IMG/VR virus record: IMGVR_UViG_3300012953_000050
Location: 1-46,829 of that record
Reading direction: 5' to 3' (one strand)
From: a virus
Lineage: Duplodnaviria; Caudoviricetes
Length of the DNA: 46,829 nucleotides
Below, one piece after another: positions 1-9,126 of this stretch; within the stretch, counting starts at the first letter, position 1, and the number at the start of each line of letters is the position of its first letter. The notes beneath the pieces are model-generated. The model was not told the DNA's origin, searched no databases, and was given only the letters and a program-made list of their open reading frames with translations. The position numbers and the translations under genes are program-made.

Positions 1-199
1 GTAAAGCTTTTGATACATATCTATCATCGCCTAAACCACGCTTCATACCTTCTATTTTTTTATAAGCACCGGTCATATTACCACCCATTTTAAGAGCAAG
101 TTCAACTGCTTTTAAAACTAAATCATCATCGAATTTGCTTTTCGGAAAAAGCATATTTTTTTCATTAAGACTTTCTCTTAATATTTTAAATGTTTTCAT
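1..199 (-). CDS. Putative internal virion protein, 3' end outside window (MKTFKILRESLNE...)
   Basis: Manually translated ORF starting at ATG 199 and open to the window edge; N-terminus resembles a T4 capsid-targeting/gp21 cleavage signal. Confidence 0.6.
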   Translation of the reverse strand, partial: MKTFKILRESLNEKNMLFPKSKFDDDLVLKAVELALKMGGNMTGAYKKIEGMKRGLGDDRYVSKAL

Positions 200-200
200 T

Positions 201-1436
201 TTATCCTCTTACTTTTGCAGCTAGGTCTTTATCTGCCTTGCCCCATGTTCCTGAGGACTTAGTTGCAAACGAGTTAACTCTTGCTAATCCCCACTGTGTT
301 GGATTTGTTCCTGGTCTATGGCTTGTTTTCCAAGCTGCATATCCACGATCAAATACTTTTTTAAGTATACCATAAGGCATACCACTCTTATCGGCCTTTT
401 TCTTGAGAGCTGCTTTTACATCAACTTCATCTAAAGACTGTTTAAAACTTTTTACTTCACCAAACTTCTTTTTAAAATTCTTAGTGTGTTGGCTTTCTGG
501 ATTCTTTCTAGGCTTATCATATTCTTTCTTTTGTTTTGCAGACATTTTAGTATATGATTCACCTGGTGTCATATCTTTGTAAGATGAAGTAAGTTCTTTA
601 GTACCCATCTCGTATCCTTCAATAAGTTCAAGTGAGTCTAACCAACATCGTCTTTTACCATTCGCAAATTCTACTAATACGTAATTAGAACCTAAGAATT
701 TAATTTCTCCTACTTCATTTGTTTCTTTTAATGCAACGAGTTCACCTATTTTAAATAGATTACCTTTAACATATTCTTCTCTTGTTTCAGATACGGCATC
801 TAACTGTACATGTTCTCTATGATTAAATTTTTCTTTTAATCCCATGCCTTTTCTTACAGCATTATATAAGTCTTCAGCAGGAGCTCCGTTAGGTAATCCA
901 TTTGCAAATGATTTTAAATCACCTTCTTTTGCAGCTTGTCTTAGTTTAGATGCTGACATTCCTTTTGCTCCTTCAGCATCTGGATCTCTTACTCCAGCTG
1001 AAACAACATTAACTCCACCTTCAAACTGATAGAATCCATGTTTACCTTTAACACCATTATATTTGTTAAGTAGTTTATCAAATTCTAATACTCTATCTTG
1101 GCCGACAACCATTGTTACTTGTGTATATCCTTCATCATATAAATGTTGAATTACATTAAATGTTGTTCTCATACCACTATTAGACATAATATTACGCGCA
1201 TGCTTTGGATACATTTTACGCATAAATTTTACTTTATCTTTAAATTTAAGAGGATTCTTTTTAGGATCTTGTGATTGTGAGGGGTATATCTTATATACTG
1301 CGCCACGAGCTTGTTTCTTTAAAACATCAAATACTTTTTCATGACCGATAGTCGGTGGATTAAATCTACCAAAGGTAAATACTACTGCGTTACTATCTTC
1401 TGTAACAAATTGACTAAAGCTTTTTATTTCCATCAT
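201..1436 (-). CDS. HIGH-superfamily nucleotidyltransferase (cytidyltransferase/NMNAT-like) with C-terminal DUF5824-like domain
   Basis: FTFGRFNPPTIGH and MSASKLR motifs; C-terminal VFDRGYAAW...QWGLARVNSF; start moved to MMEIKSFSQFVTE. Confidence 0.8.
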   Translation of the reverse strand: MMEIKSFSQFVTEDSNAVVFTFGRFNPPTIGHEKVFDVLKKQARGAVYKIYPSQSQDPKKNPLKFKDKVKFMRKMYPKHARNIMSNSGMRTTFNVIQHLYDEGYTQVTMVVGQDRVLEFDKLLNKYNGVKGKHGFYQFEGGVNVVSAGVRDPDAEGAKGMSASKLRQAAKEGDLKSFANGLPNGAPAEDLYNAVRKGMGLKEKFNHREHVQLDAVSETREEYVKGNLFKIGELVALKETNEVGEIKFLGSNYVLVEFANGKRRCWLDSLELIEGYEMGTKELTSSYKDMTPGESYTKMSAKQKKEYDKPRKNPESQHTKNFKKKFGEVKSFKQSLDEVDVKAALKKKADKSGMPYGILKKVFDRGYAAWKTSHRPGTNPTQWGLARVNSFATKSSGTWGKADKDLAAKVRG

Positions 1437-1437
1437 A

Positions 1438-1803
1438 TTATTCTTCACCACCTTTCGCTTTTTTAGCAAATTTTTCTGATTCTTTCTTCTTAATTGAAGG
1501 TAATAGTTTCTTTGCTAATTGTTTTATCTTACCTTTTTTGGCATCTAATTTCTTTTCTAAACCTTGTCTTTGGCCAAAGGAAAGCTCATCTTTACCCTTG
1601 CCTTTCATTAATTGTTTTATAAGAATATTACGAGCTTGCTTCATAGCTCTTTGTTTTAATTTTTCTGGATTTGCTTTTTTCTTAGCTGCTTTCATACGAG
1701 CAATTTTCATTTTGCCCTTATTCTTTTTAGCAGCTCGCTTCATCTTCATGCGTGTTTGCATGGACATAGCTTCGTCAGCATAAAATTCGTGAAATGATTT
1801 CAT
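1438..1803 (-). CDS. Highly basic putative internal head protein
   Basis: Lys/Arg-rich; start MKSFHEFYADE closely resembles the T4 internal-protein targeting sequence MKTYQEFIAE. Confidence 0.65.
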   Translation of the reverse strand: MKSFHEFYADEAMSMQTRMKMKRAAKKNKGKMKIARMKAAKKKANPEKLKQRAMKQARNILIKQLMKGKGKDELSFGQRQGLEKKLDAKKGKIKQLAKKLLPSIKKKESEKFAKKAKGGEE

Positions 1804-1821
1804 ATATCCTCGGTTTCCCAT

Positions 1822-3063
1822 TTAGCCTGGATTATCCCAGCCCTTTATTATATCTTTGCTGAAGTTATTAGTAGCAAATTCTAATCGATCTACTAACTTG
1901 ACAGCACCACCTTCCATACGATCTATAGCAACGAAACCTTCTGGGTTGGTTACCTTAAATCCGGATTTTGTCTTTACAAACGTCCCAATATTACTGAGAC
2001 TGTTTAGTTTATTTATAATAATTAATTTTGCATCGACCACTGAATTTTGTAAATCGAACACATTTTGTAGGTTTTTTAAGTTCTTTTTATCAAAAAACTT
2101 TAATAATTCATCTCTTTTCTTTTCTCTGTTCTGTATTGCTTGTGCTTTTGATAGTTTATCAATTTCTTTTTGGTATCTATCCCTGACAAACATAATTAAA
2201 CCAGTTGCATGGCTTTTAGTATTAGTAATCCTTTGACCTTCTCTTACTTTTCTATTGTTATAAATGTTTATAACTGCATTTAATTCTTTATCATTTTCAA
2301 TTACTTTTAAGGTATTCGATGCTATCTTTTTAAATAGTTTACCAGCATTAGATAAATGTTTGGTAACTTCTAATGTTTCTTTCTTCGTTAAGGTTGCTGT
2401 TCCTGATAGATCTGGTAATGTTGCGTCTTGCATCCAGACGTTCGGTGAGGATTTTAATTTATTAACTATATCTCTACCGAACTCTGCTTTCATAGTTTCG
2501 AAAGTTCCACCTGAGTATGACGTATGCCATACAATACCTAACTTGGCTTTCTTTATTTCCTTGGCCAAATTGCTGCTATCTGGAATAGCGTAAACAATAG
2601 TATTAGGATGGAAAGTAATGTGCTTAGCTCCATTAATTTTCTCCGTCTTTAAATCAGATTTATCAAACATAAAGTCGCCTTGAATGACTCCTTTAATACC
2701 TAGGTCTTTTAAATTATCAAATGCTAATTTTAGTTTTTTATTTAGATCACCTGATGTATCAGCATCGATATCTGCGTGTGACTTATACACTTTTGGATTT
2801 TTAGCGAATATTCCTTTTTTTGCAACAAAGAATTGATTATCGCTTGGGTCTTCCCCTGCAAAAACAGCGGGGGCACCGTCCCACTTGACCGTAACGTCTA
2901 CTGGCGCCTTCGCGTTACCGGATAACATATCTCGTAGTGATCTTAGAGCGAGAATTGCCTGGCGTGCCCCCTTAACTCCACCGTCCAAGATTAAATCCTC
3001 AATATGAGTCATATGAGTATTCTTGGCTTCGGTTAATATAGTATAGTTTGTTAAACTTTTCAT
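1822..3063 (-). CDS. DUF6267-like protein, ATP-dependent ligase/covalent nucleotidyltransferase fold
   Basis: EAKNTHMTHIED; motif I TVKWDG; QGDFMF; motif IV EGFVAID; motif V AVKLV. Confidence 0.7.
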   Translation of the reverse strand: MKSLTNYTILTEAKNTHMTHIEDLILDGGVKGARQAILALRSLRDMLSGNAKAPVDVTVKWDGAPAVFAGEDPSDNQFFVAKKGIFAKNPKVYKSHADIDADTSGDLNKKLKLAFDNLKDLGIKGVIQGDFMFDKSDLKTEKINGAKHITFHPNTIVYAIPDSSNLAKEIKKAKLGIVWHTSYSGGTFETMKAEFGRDIVNKLKSSPNVWMQDATLPDLSGTATLTKKETLEVTKHLSNAGKLFKKIASNTLKVIENDKELNAVINIYNNRKVREGQRITNTKSHATGLIMFVRDRYQKEIDKLSKAQAIQNREKKRDELLKFFDKKNLKNLQNVFDLQNSVVDAKLIIINKLNSLSNIGTFVKTKSGFKVTNPEGFVAIDRMEGGAVKLVDRLEFATNNFSKDIIKGWDNPG

Positions 3064-3236
3064 GTAGTTGCCTTTTTTCGTTTAATTATTTTTATTGCTG
3101 TTCTTATCTGTTCTTTTTCCCAATCACTTCCATATTTAGCTTGAAAGTCTTGGTCATCTAGCTTCTTAACAATAGCTTCTATCTCCTTCTTCATTTCAGG
3201 AGAAATTTCTTCAAAGAATTTTTTAAAACTATTCAT
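3060..3236 (-). CDS. Small putative virion protein, 58 aa (MNSFKKFFEEISPEM...)
   Basis: Manually found ORF overlapping both neighbours (ATGA junction downstream); targeting-like N-terminus. Confidence 0.65.
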   Translation of the reverse strand: MNSFKKFFEEISPEMKKEIEAIVKKLDDQDFQAKYGSDWEKEQIRTAIKIIKRKKATT

Positions 3237-4599
3237 ATATTTTTACGTATGCGCTAGAATCTTCTGATTTAGATCCAGCATAATTAATTATTTTTGTTAT
3301 CCATCTATTAGCTTTGGGGCCTTGAAACTTATCAACAAAGTAAAGAATATATAAACATGCTAGTTTGGCTGATATCCAATTAACATCCTTTTTAAATAAT
3401 TCTTCTTCGAATTGTTCTTGAGTTTCATTTTTATAAAAGTGATTATATAGTTTAAAGAATACTGCAACAGATCTCGGATCTTTCTTTTTAGCAATTGCTT
3501 TAGCATGCTTATAGATTCCTGATTTATGATCTGGTACTTTCTTTTTAAATACTTGTTTAGCAGCATCTTGCATTATGCTCCAACCTGCTCCACCGCCTCT
3601 TGCAGTTTTAAGTACTATTTCGCCTTTAATAGATCCGCCGGGTGATCCATCTTTAAGAGCAAACTTACCGTCATCAAAGATAATAGTTGCTCCTTTGTTT
3701 GACCAGAAAGTTCCTCTTTTTTCTCCTTGAAAAAGGATTTTCATAACTTTATGGTCATCAGTATCTGGTGGAAGCTTAACATTATATTCTCCATGTTTAG
3801 CTTTCTTTTTAACCAGTTTAAGAGATATACCAACTAACTTTCTGTCTACAAATGCTTGTAGTAAGTCTTTATTATATCCCATTATTGTATCTACGTTTAA
3901 AGATCTAATATTGAATCCTTTTTCTATCGCCCATATATCACCAGGATTCCATTTATCATCTTTGACTGGTTTCTGATCTGAATTTTTATATGCAACATTT
4001 TTAAGAGCGTATATTGCATTCATAAGTTTACTATTTCTATGAAAAACATGAGACTTATTAATATATCCTTGCTTAATAAGTAATCTTGCTGATTCATAAG
4101 AAGAATGAAACCAATCACCTTCAACTGACATTATTTCATCAAATGAAGCGTCTACATCAACTATTTTATAAGCAGCTTTGAGTACATCTTCTGACATGAA
4201 ATAATCTTCATCTTGTATACCATTATCAAGCATTGCTTGACATACTACACATTGATGTGATTCTGTTATTTTTGTATTAAGTGAACCACCGCCTGAGCCG
4301 GATCCACCGCCAAATACTCCAGATTTAGCTAATAGTGATGAACTAAATAGCTTTTCTCCTACAACTAAATTAAATGGTTTACCTAGCTTTTTAAATATTT
4401 CTATTTGAGCGAGTGCATCATCTATATCAGTAACAACTATAGTCCCACCCTTGGCTAATTCAAGTGGAGTTGATGATTTAATTAATCGTTGAAGTATATC
4501 TAAACGAGGTTCTTTGGTTACTGAATTATCTTTTTTTAATTCAGCAGGAGTAAGCTTTGTAGCTTCTCTGAGTGTTGTAAATGATTTTAATTTTAACAT
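3229..4599 (-). CDS. Putative virion protein with PD-(D/E)XK nuclease-like motifs
   Basis: KWNPGDIW...GISLK motif pair; Gly-rich linker; N-terminus KSFTTLREA. Confidence 0.5.
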   Translation of the reverse strand: MLKLKSFTTLREATKLTPAELKKDNSVTKEPRLDILQRLIKSSTPLELAKGGTIVVTDIDDALAQIEIFKKLGKPFNLVVGEKLFSSSLLAKSGVFGGGSGSGGGSLNTKITESHQCVVCQAMLDNGIQDEDYFMSEDVLKAAYKIVDVDASFDEIMSVEGDWFHSSYESARLLIKQGYINKSHVFHRNSKLMNAIYALKNVAYKNSDQKPVKDDKWNPGDIWAIEKGFNIRSLNVDTIMGYNKDLLQAFVDRKLVGISLKLVKKKAKHGEYNVKLPPDTDDHKVMKILFQGEKRGTFWSNKGATIIFDDGKFALKDGSPGGSIKGEIVLKTARGGGAGWSIMQDAAKQVFKKKVPDHKSGIYKHAKAIAKKKDPRSVAVFFKLYNHFYKNETQEQFEEELFKKDVNWISAKLACLYILYFVDKFQGPKANRWITKIINYAGSKSEDSSAYVKIYE

Positions 4600-4605
4600 A
4601 GATGT

Positions 4606-4634
4606 ATTATACCATAAAACTTTTAGTTTGTATA
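4606..4634 (-). promoter_or_regulatory. Sigma70-type promoter variant TATACA-N17-TATAAT
   Basis: TGG before the -10; ATG 6 nt downstream. Confidence 0.55.
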
Positions 4635-4638
4635 CATC

Positions 4639-4646
4639 TATTTATA
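4639..4646 (-). promoter_or_regulatory. T4 late promoter TATAAATA
   Basis: Exact consensus, intergenic, upstream of the putative virion-protein cluster. Confidence 0.75.
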
Positions 4647-4650
4647 ACAT

Positions 4651-4839
4651 TTATTTCCTTGATTCCTCATAAAATGGATGAGGATATATTTCTCCATCTG
4701 TTTTATAAGCAATTATTTTTTGCTCATGCAACATATCGATAGCATTTTCTGCTCCTTTTTTTACGCCTTCTCTATAATAGTGATTGCATAAATACATAAC
4801 ACCACATAATGATACTATTATTAAAGCTATTTCGCTCAT
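4651..4839 (-). CDS. Small membrane-anchored hypothetical protein
   Basis: 62-aa ORF with N-terminal hydrophobic segment; coupled to upstream ORF. Confidence 0.6.
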   Translation of the reverse strand: MSEIALIIVSLCGVMYLCNHYYREGVKKGAENAIDMLHEQKIIAYKTDGEIYPHPFYEESRK

Positions 4840-4988
4840 ATTTCTATACGTTCTAGTGTAGTTTTAAACCCGCGTTTAGCCATTCCAGTTTGGAATTCTA
4901 TTGCCGATCTTAAAGATTCATATAGATATTTAAATTCTTTTGTCTTGTCTTTTTTATCTTGGGCTTTAACTAAAAATGCTGTTGTCAT
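4836..4988 (-). CDS. Hypothetical protein, 50 aa (MTTAFLVKAQDKK...)
   Basis: GGAG SD upstream; ATGA overlap with next gene. Confidence 0.6.
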   Translation of the reverse strand: MTTAFLVKAQDKKDKTKEFKYLYESLRSAIEFQTGMAKRGFKTTLERIEI

Positions 4989-5026
4989 AATATCTCCAAA
5001 AGTGTAATACAGTGTAATACTTTTAT

Positions 5027-5217
5027 AAAAGGTGGAAGGTCTATCTCATCCCTTCCCGGTCAATCCTCAGTGCTCGACATCACGTTGACATAACAGTGAA
5101 ATCACCCTCAGCGGTACCGGTCTCAAGTTCCTCGTTAGAGGCAATGCATCTCTGCAATCTATCGTATTTGCGCTCATCAGCTCCGTGGTACGTACGCGTT
5201 TCTACGTTTGTCATTAT
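5027..5217 (-). ncRNA. Candidate structured ncRNA (alternatively a 44-aa ORF 5080..5214)
   Basis: GC-rich island between a consensus early promoter and a GGAAGG/CCTTCC hairpin followed by a T-run. Confidence 0.4.
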
Positions 5218-5223
5218 AGTTAT

Positions 5224-5252
5224 ATTATACCACATTTCGAGGTAAATGTAAA
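5224..5252 (-). promoter_or_regulatory. Early promoter TTTACA-N17-TATAAT
   Basis: Consensus with TGTGG extended -10. Confidence 0.85.
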
Positions 5253-5255
5253 GGA

Positions 5256-5921
5256 TTATTTTTCAAATATTTCATTATAAGGAAAAATATAATCAATTGC
5301 TTTAGCGCACTCTTTGGCTATTTCCATGTGCTCTTTCTGCGTTCCATTATCAGATCTCAATTCAATATAATGTATCCATGAACGAATTGTTCCGTTTACA
5401 TATAACTTACTTACAGTTAAACCTTCTGGTAAAACTGCTCTGGCCTGCTCTTTAGCGATTCCGGCCTCAATCGCCCATTCATATGCTTTCCTACAACGCT
5501 GAATAATTACTTCTTGATATGATTCCCATACGTAATTAATCGAATCTTCCATAGGAATATCAATGGAGTTCTGTCTGTTCTTATTATCTTGTAGTCTTGC
5601 TTCTCTTGTTGTAAATTCTAAATCTTCAATTGGATTAGCATATCTCTGACTGAATTCTTGAAAAGAAAAAGACCTATGTCTAAGTAACTGTCTTGCAATA
5701 TCTCTAGTAGTAGTAATCTCCATACAACATGAAGCCATTTCAAGTGGTGACCAATGTTTATGTTTAATTAGATACTTAACTAAGCCTTCTGCAGTTTCAG
5801 TATTTAGTTGATTTTCTGGGTTAGATACTCTAGCACAGAATGCAACCAACTGAAGTATATCGGGTGGGATATCCAAGTCTTCAGCTGGCTGCGAATATGA
5901 TATAAGTTTCACTTCCATCAT
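5256..5921 (-). CDS. thyX: FAD-dependent thymidylate synthase
   Basis: RHRSFSFQEFSQRY ThyX motif, HWSPLE. Confidence 0.97.
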   Translation of the reverse strand: MMEVKLISYSQPAEDLDIPPDILQLVAFCARVSNPENQLNTETAEGLVKYLIKHKHWSPLEMASCCMEITTTRDIARQLLRHRSFSFQEFSQRYANPIEDLEFTTREARLQDNKNRQNSIDIPMEDSINYVWESYQEVIIQRCRKAYEWAIEAGIAKEQARAVLPEGLTVSKLYVNGTIRSWIHYIELRSDNGTQKEHMEIAKECAKAIDYIFPYNEIFEK

Positions 5922-5937
5922 AATAAATCGGTACTCC

Positions 5938-6120
5938 TTAGCTTTCTTTCTTAACTAAAGTGTATATACCCCATGCGAGGCCGACCCAAGCTAATAGTTT
6001 AGCTAATCCACCGAATAATATGACAGAACCACAAACTACGATTAAGCCTAAGCCATCGATACTTGTTCTTTCTTTGATTCTATCCATTATCCAATCTTGT
6101 GCGTCATTTAAATAGTCCAT
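5938..6120 (-). CDS. Small membrane protein
   Basis: 60 aa with two hydrophobic segments; GGAG SD. Confidence 0.65.
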   Translation of the reverse strand: MDYLNDAQDWIMDRIKERTSIDGLGLIVVCGSVILFGGLAKLLAWVGLAWGIYTLVKKES

Positions 6121-6129
6121 ATATTTCTC

Positions 6130-7521
6130 CTATACTTTAAAGTCCACAAAGGTATCTTTTGATTCTCGATCTCCCCATGTACTTATTGGTTTATCCGGAG
6201 CCATATCAGTCATTATATCTGATTGAGCTGACTCTTCGACATCATATAATTTCATCCTTGCACGATCGATTCCAACTACAAATCTCTTGTATTTGGTTGG
6301 ATCGTTATAACGATTTTTCAGCTGTTTTACCATCAATTGACCAAGTTCTTCTAGTTCCTCTGTTGATATAAGAGCAAACATAAGATCTGCCGTTGCTGGC
6401 AAGCCGAATGATTCCGAAGTATCTTCCAATCCTACATCAGTATTTGAATAACCAGATCTAGTCGTTTGTGTTGCACTCACGATTGGAACATTAAATTCGA
6501 CGGCAAGGCCACGAAGTTCTTCTGCTATTGCCTTAACGTACGAATAAGTATTTATACTTCCGCCAAGTCCACGGACCCTGCTTGAAGCACAAATATTAAT
6601 ATAATCGATGTATATTATATCTGCCACGAAATTCTTTTTAAGTTTTAATTCATTTAATAAAGCTCTGAAATGACCAACATGAGCTGCGCCTGTTGGATAT
6701 TCTTTTACAATAAGTTTTCCAATTGATTTACTAGCAATCTTTTGTATCTTACCTTCAAATACATTTTGAGGTAATGTATTGATTTGTTGAATAGGATAAT
6801 CCATTAGATTAGCATCTATCCTTTCAGCTATTCTTTCTTCAGCCATTTCCAAAGTAATATATAAAACATTCTTTCCTTGTTCCAATGCAGCTGCTGCGCA
6901 ATGACACATAAAGAGTGATTTACCTACACCAGTACCAGCCATGGCTATATTTAGAGTTTTAGCTGGTAACCCACCTTTAGTTATTTTATTGAAATAATCT
7001 AAATCAAATGGGATTCTTTCTTCTTTTGTATTGTAAAAATCAAATCGATCGGTAGAATTATCTATATAATCGTGTCCAATATTAGGATCAAAAGACACGC
7101 CAAGAGCATTACTGAGTATTTCCGGAATAGCTCCATCTCCTTGCTCTGTATTTTTACCATCAATGATTTGAATGCTTTCCATAATTGCATTATATACTGC
7201 CTTTTCTTTACACCATTTTTCTGATTCTATAATCAGGTATTCTCTATCTATATCAGACTTATCTTTTATTTCGTTAATAAGTTGTGATACAGAATTAAGT
7301 ACTTCTTCAGGCATACTTACTTTCTTTAATTCAAGTTCAAGTACTTTTCCTGAAGGTATTTTATTATGAGTAGTTACAAAATCAACAATAAGATCAAATG
7401 CAATCTTATGTGGTCCTTCAAAATATTCTTTCTTAAGATAAGGTATTACTCTTCGGCAATACTCTTCATCATTTAGAAGGTGATTAAGTACCTGTGTCGG
7501 TATCTGTGTCGATAGTTCCAT
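6130..7521 (-). CDS. gp41: Replicative DNA helicase (T4 gp41-like)
   Basis: AGTGVGKS Walker A, IYIDY, SATQTTR, QLKNRY. Confidence 0.96.
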   Translation of the reverse strand: MELSTQIPTQVLNHLLNDEEYCRRVIPYLKKEYFEGPHKIAFDLIVDFVTTHNKIPSGKVLELELKKVSMPEEVLNSVSQLINEIKDKSDIDREYLIIESEKWCKEKAVYNAIMESIQIIDGKNTEQGDGAIPEILSNALGVSFDPNIGHDYIDNSTDRFDFYNTKEERIPFDLDYFNKITKGGLPAKTLNIAMAGTGVGKSLFMCHCAAAALEQGKNVLYITLEMAEERIAERIDANLMDYPIQQINTLPQNVFEGKIQKIASKSIGKLIVKEYPTGAAHVGHFRALLNELKLKKNFVADIIYIDYINICASSRVRGLGGSINTYSYVKAIAEELRGLAVEFNVPIVSATQTTRSGYSNTDVGLEDTSESFGLPATADLMFALISTEELEELGQLMVKQLKNRYNDPTKYKRFVVGIDRARMKLYDVEESAQSDIMTDMAPDKPISTWGDRESKDTFVDFKV

Positions 7522-7804
7522 CCAATTCCTTGTCTCTAGTTTCTATTACGTGGGTTAATATATCACCTAAATGATTTTTAAACCCTTCATCATTAATTAA
7601 ATCATCATCTGTAAATGGTGCTGATTCTACTAAGTTATATGTAAATGAAAGAGTTGCTATATCCAATTCAGGAGATTCTTTAATTGATACCTTCCCAAAT
7701 TGAAATATAACATCTTTGTATTTACCAGTAAGCAGTTGCACTCCATATAGAGATGAATTCTCATTCACTACATATTTATAGTCATTCTCCTGTATCTTCG
7801 TCAT
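7484..7804 (-). CDS. gp40: gp40-like protein (head assembly chaperone)
   Basis: Size and position between uvsX and gp41 as in T4; YKDVIFQFGKV. Confidence 0.55.
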   Translation of the reverse strand: MTKIQENDYKYVVNENSSLYGVQLLTGKYKDVIFQFGKVSIKESPELDIATLSFTYNLVESAPFTDDDLINDEGFKNHLGDILTHVIETRDKELDGTIDTDTDTGT

Positions 7805-8840
7805 CGAAAAGCTCCACTTCTAATAATGGTTTATGTCCTATTTGATAATGACCTTTAATAAACTTTTTAAAATCAGTTTCTTTGAAGATAGATTCCCAGA
7901 ACTCTCCGTTAAGAGTATCTTTCTCTCTTACTTTACTTCCTAATAGTTCACCAGTTTCTCTATCAACTTTTTGATACCAACCAACTGTTGGCTTAGCTAC
8001 ATAACCACCGGCCATAGCTACTTCAAGTAATCCAGAATATGTTTCTATACCACCTTCCCATGTAACACTAATAGGTACTTTAGATTTTTCTCTAACAAAC
8101 CTTGATTTTTCTACATTAATAATAAAGTGATATCCTTTAATTTCAGTACCTTGCTTTTCTTGCCTTCTACCAATAATCCAAATATTATCTGCTGAGTAAT
8201 AGATACCTGTTCCACCTGAAACTACAGCCTTTGGAAACAAACCAATTTCTTGATATGTATGATTGACAGCGAGTAAAGGGACGTTCTTCATTGTTAAATA
8301 AGGAGTCACCATGCGGAACAGTCCCTTTAAAGCTTTAGCTCTGGACATATCTGCCACAGACTTTTCATTAAGCGCATCTTCTAGTTCCTTTTTAGAAGCT
8401 AGATTACCAATGGAATCTATTACTACGCAAACCTTATCACCACGATCGATATTTTCTAGTTGACCAACTAAATCAAACTTTAATTGTTCTACATCTGTAA
8501 TTGGTGTATGTAATACCCTTGTTGGATCGATACCAAATGCTTCAAAATACGATTGTGGTGAACCAAATTCTGAATCATAAAATAACATTACTGCATCATC
8601 ATGTTCTTTCATATAAGCTGCTGCCATAAGTAAAGCAAATGATGTTTTGAAATGTTTTGATGGACCAGCTAATACTGTTAATCCACTTGTCATTCCTCCA
8701 TCAACATCACCAGATAAAGCTACGTTTATCATTGGAACAGATGTTGCAACTGAATCTTTCTCTTGAAAGAATATAGATTTATCTAAGATATCAGTTCCTT
8801 TAATCTTAGAATTCTTTTTAAGTTTATCCATTATAGACAT
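7782..8840 (-). CDS. uvsX: RecA-like recombinase
   Basis: AGPSKHFKT, YDSEFG, DSIGNLAS. Confidence 0.97.
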   Translation of the reverse strand: MSIMDKLKKNSKIKGTDILDKSIFFQEKDSVATSVPMINVALSGDVDGGMTSGLTVLAGPSKHFKTSFALLMAAAYMKEHDDAVMLFYDSEFGSPQSYFEAFGIDPTRVLHTPITDVEQLKFDLVGQLENIDRGDKVCVVIDSIGNLASKKELEDALNEKSVADMSRAKALKGLFRMVTPYLTMKNVPLLAVNHTYQEIGLFPKAVVSGGTGIYYSADNIWIIGRRQEKQGTEIKGYHFIINVEKSRFVREKSKVPISVTWEGGIETYSGLLEVAMAGGYVAKPTVGWYQKVDRETGELLGSKVREKDTLNGEFWESIFKETDFKKFIKGHYQIGHKPLLEVELFDDEDTGE

Positions 8841-9097
8841 TATACATACCTCCTAGGGTTACGGGATAACTGAGTAGAAGCATGCAACTTTTGTTGTCTT
8901 TTAATAGCTTCTTTCTTTTTCCTTTGTCTTGCTTGAGCAGGTTTTTCATAATACTCTCTTTTACGCACCTCTTGAATTATCCCAGCTCTTTCAACTTGCT
9001 TACGAAATTTTCTAAGGGCTACGTCAAAAGGCATAGGTGTTGCTGGCCTTTTGTCTTTGGGATGCCTCTTACGAGGTCTTAAATCTACACTTGGCAT
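8840..9097 (-). CDS. rpsU: Ribosomal protein bS21
   Basis: PFDVALRKFRKQVERAGIIQEVRKREYYEKP. Confidence 0.92.
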   Translation of the reverse strand: MPSVDLRPRKRHPKDKRPATPMPFDVALRKFRKQVERAGIIQEVRKREYYEKPAQARQRKKKEAIKRQQKLHASTQLSRNPRRYV

Positions 9098-9126
9098 AGT
9101 TTCTCCATTTTTATTTTATATAGTAT

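Noticed and set aside
5168-5203. Hammerhead-like words GAAAC...GTA...CTGATGAG on the minus strand
   Set aside because: Stems I and II cannot be formed around the core, so it is not called a ribozyme
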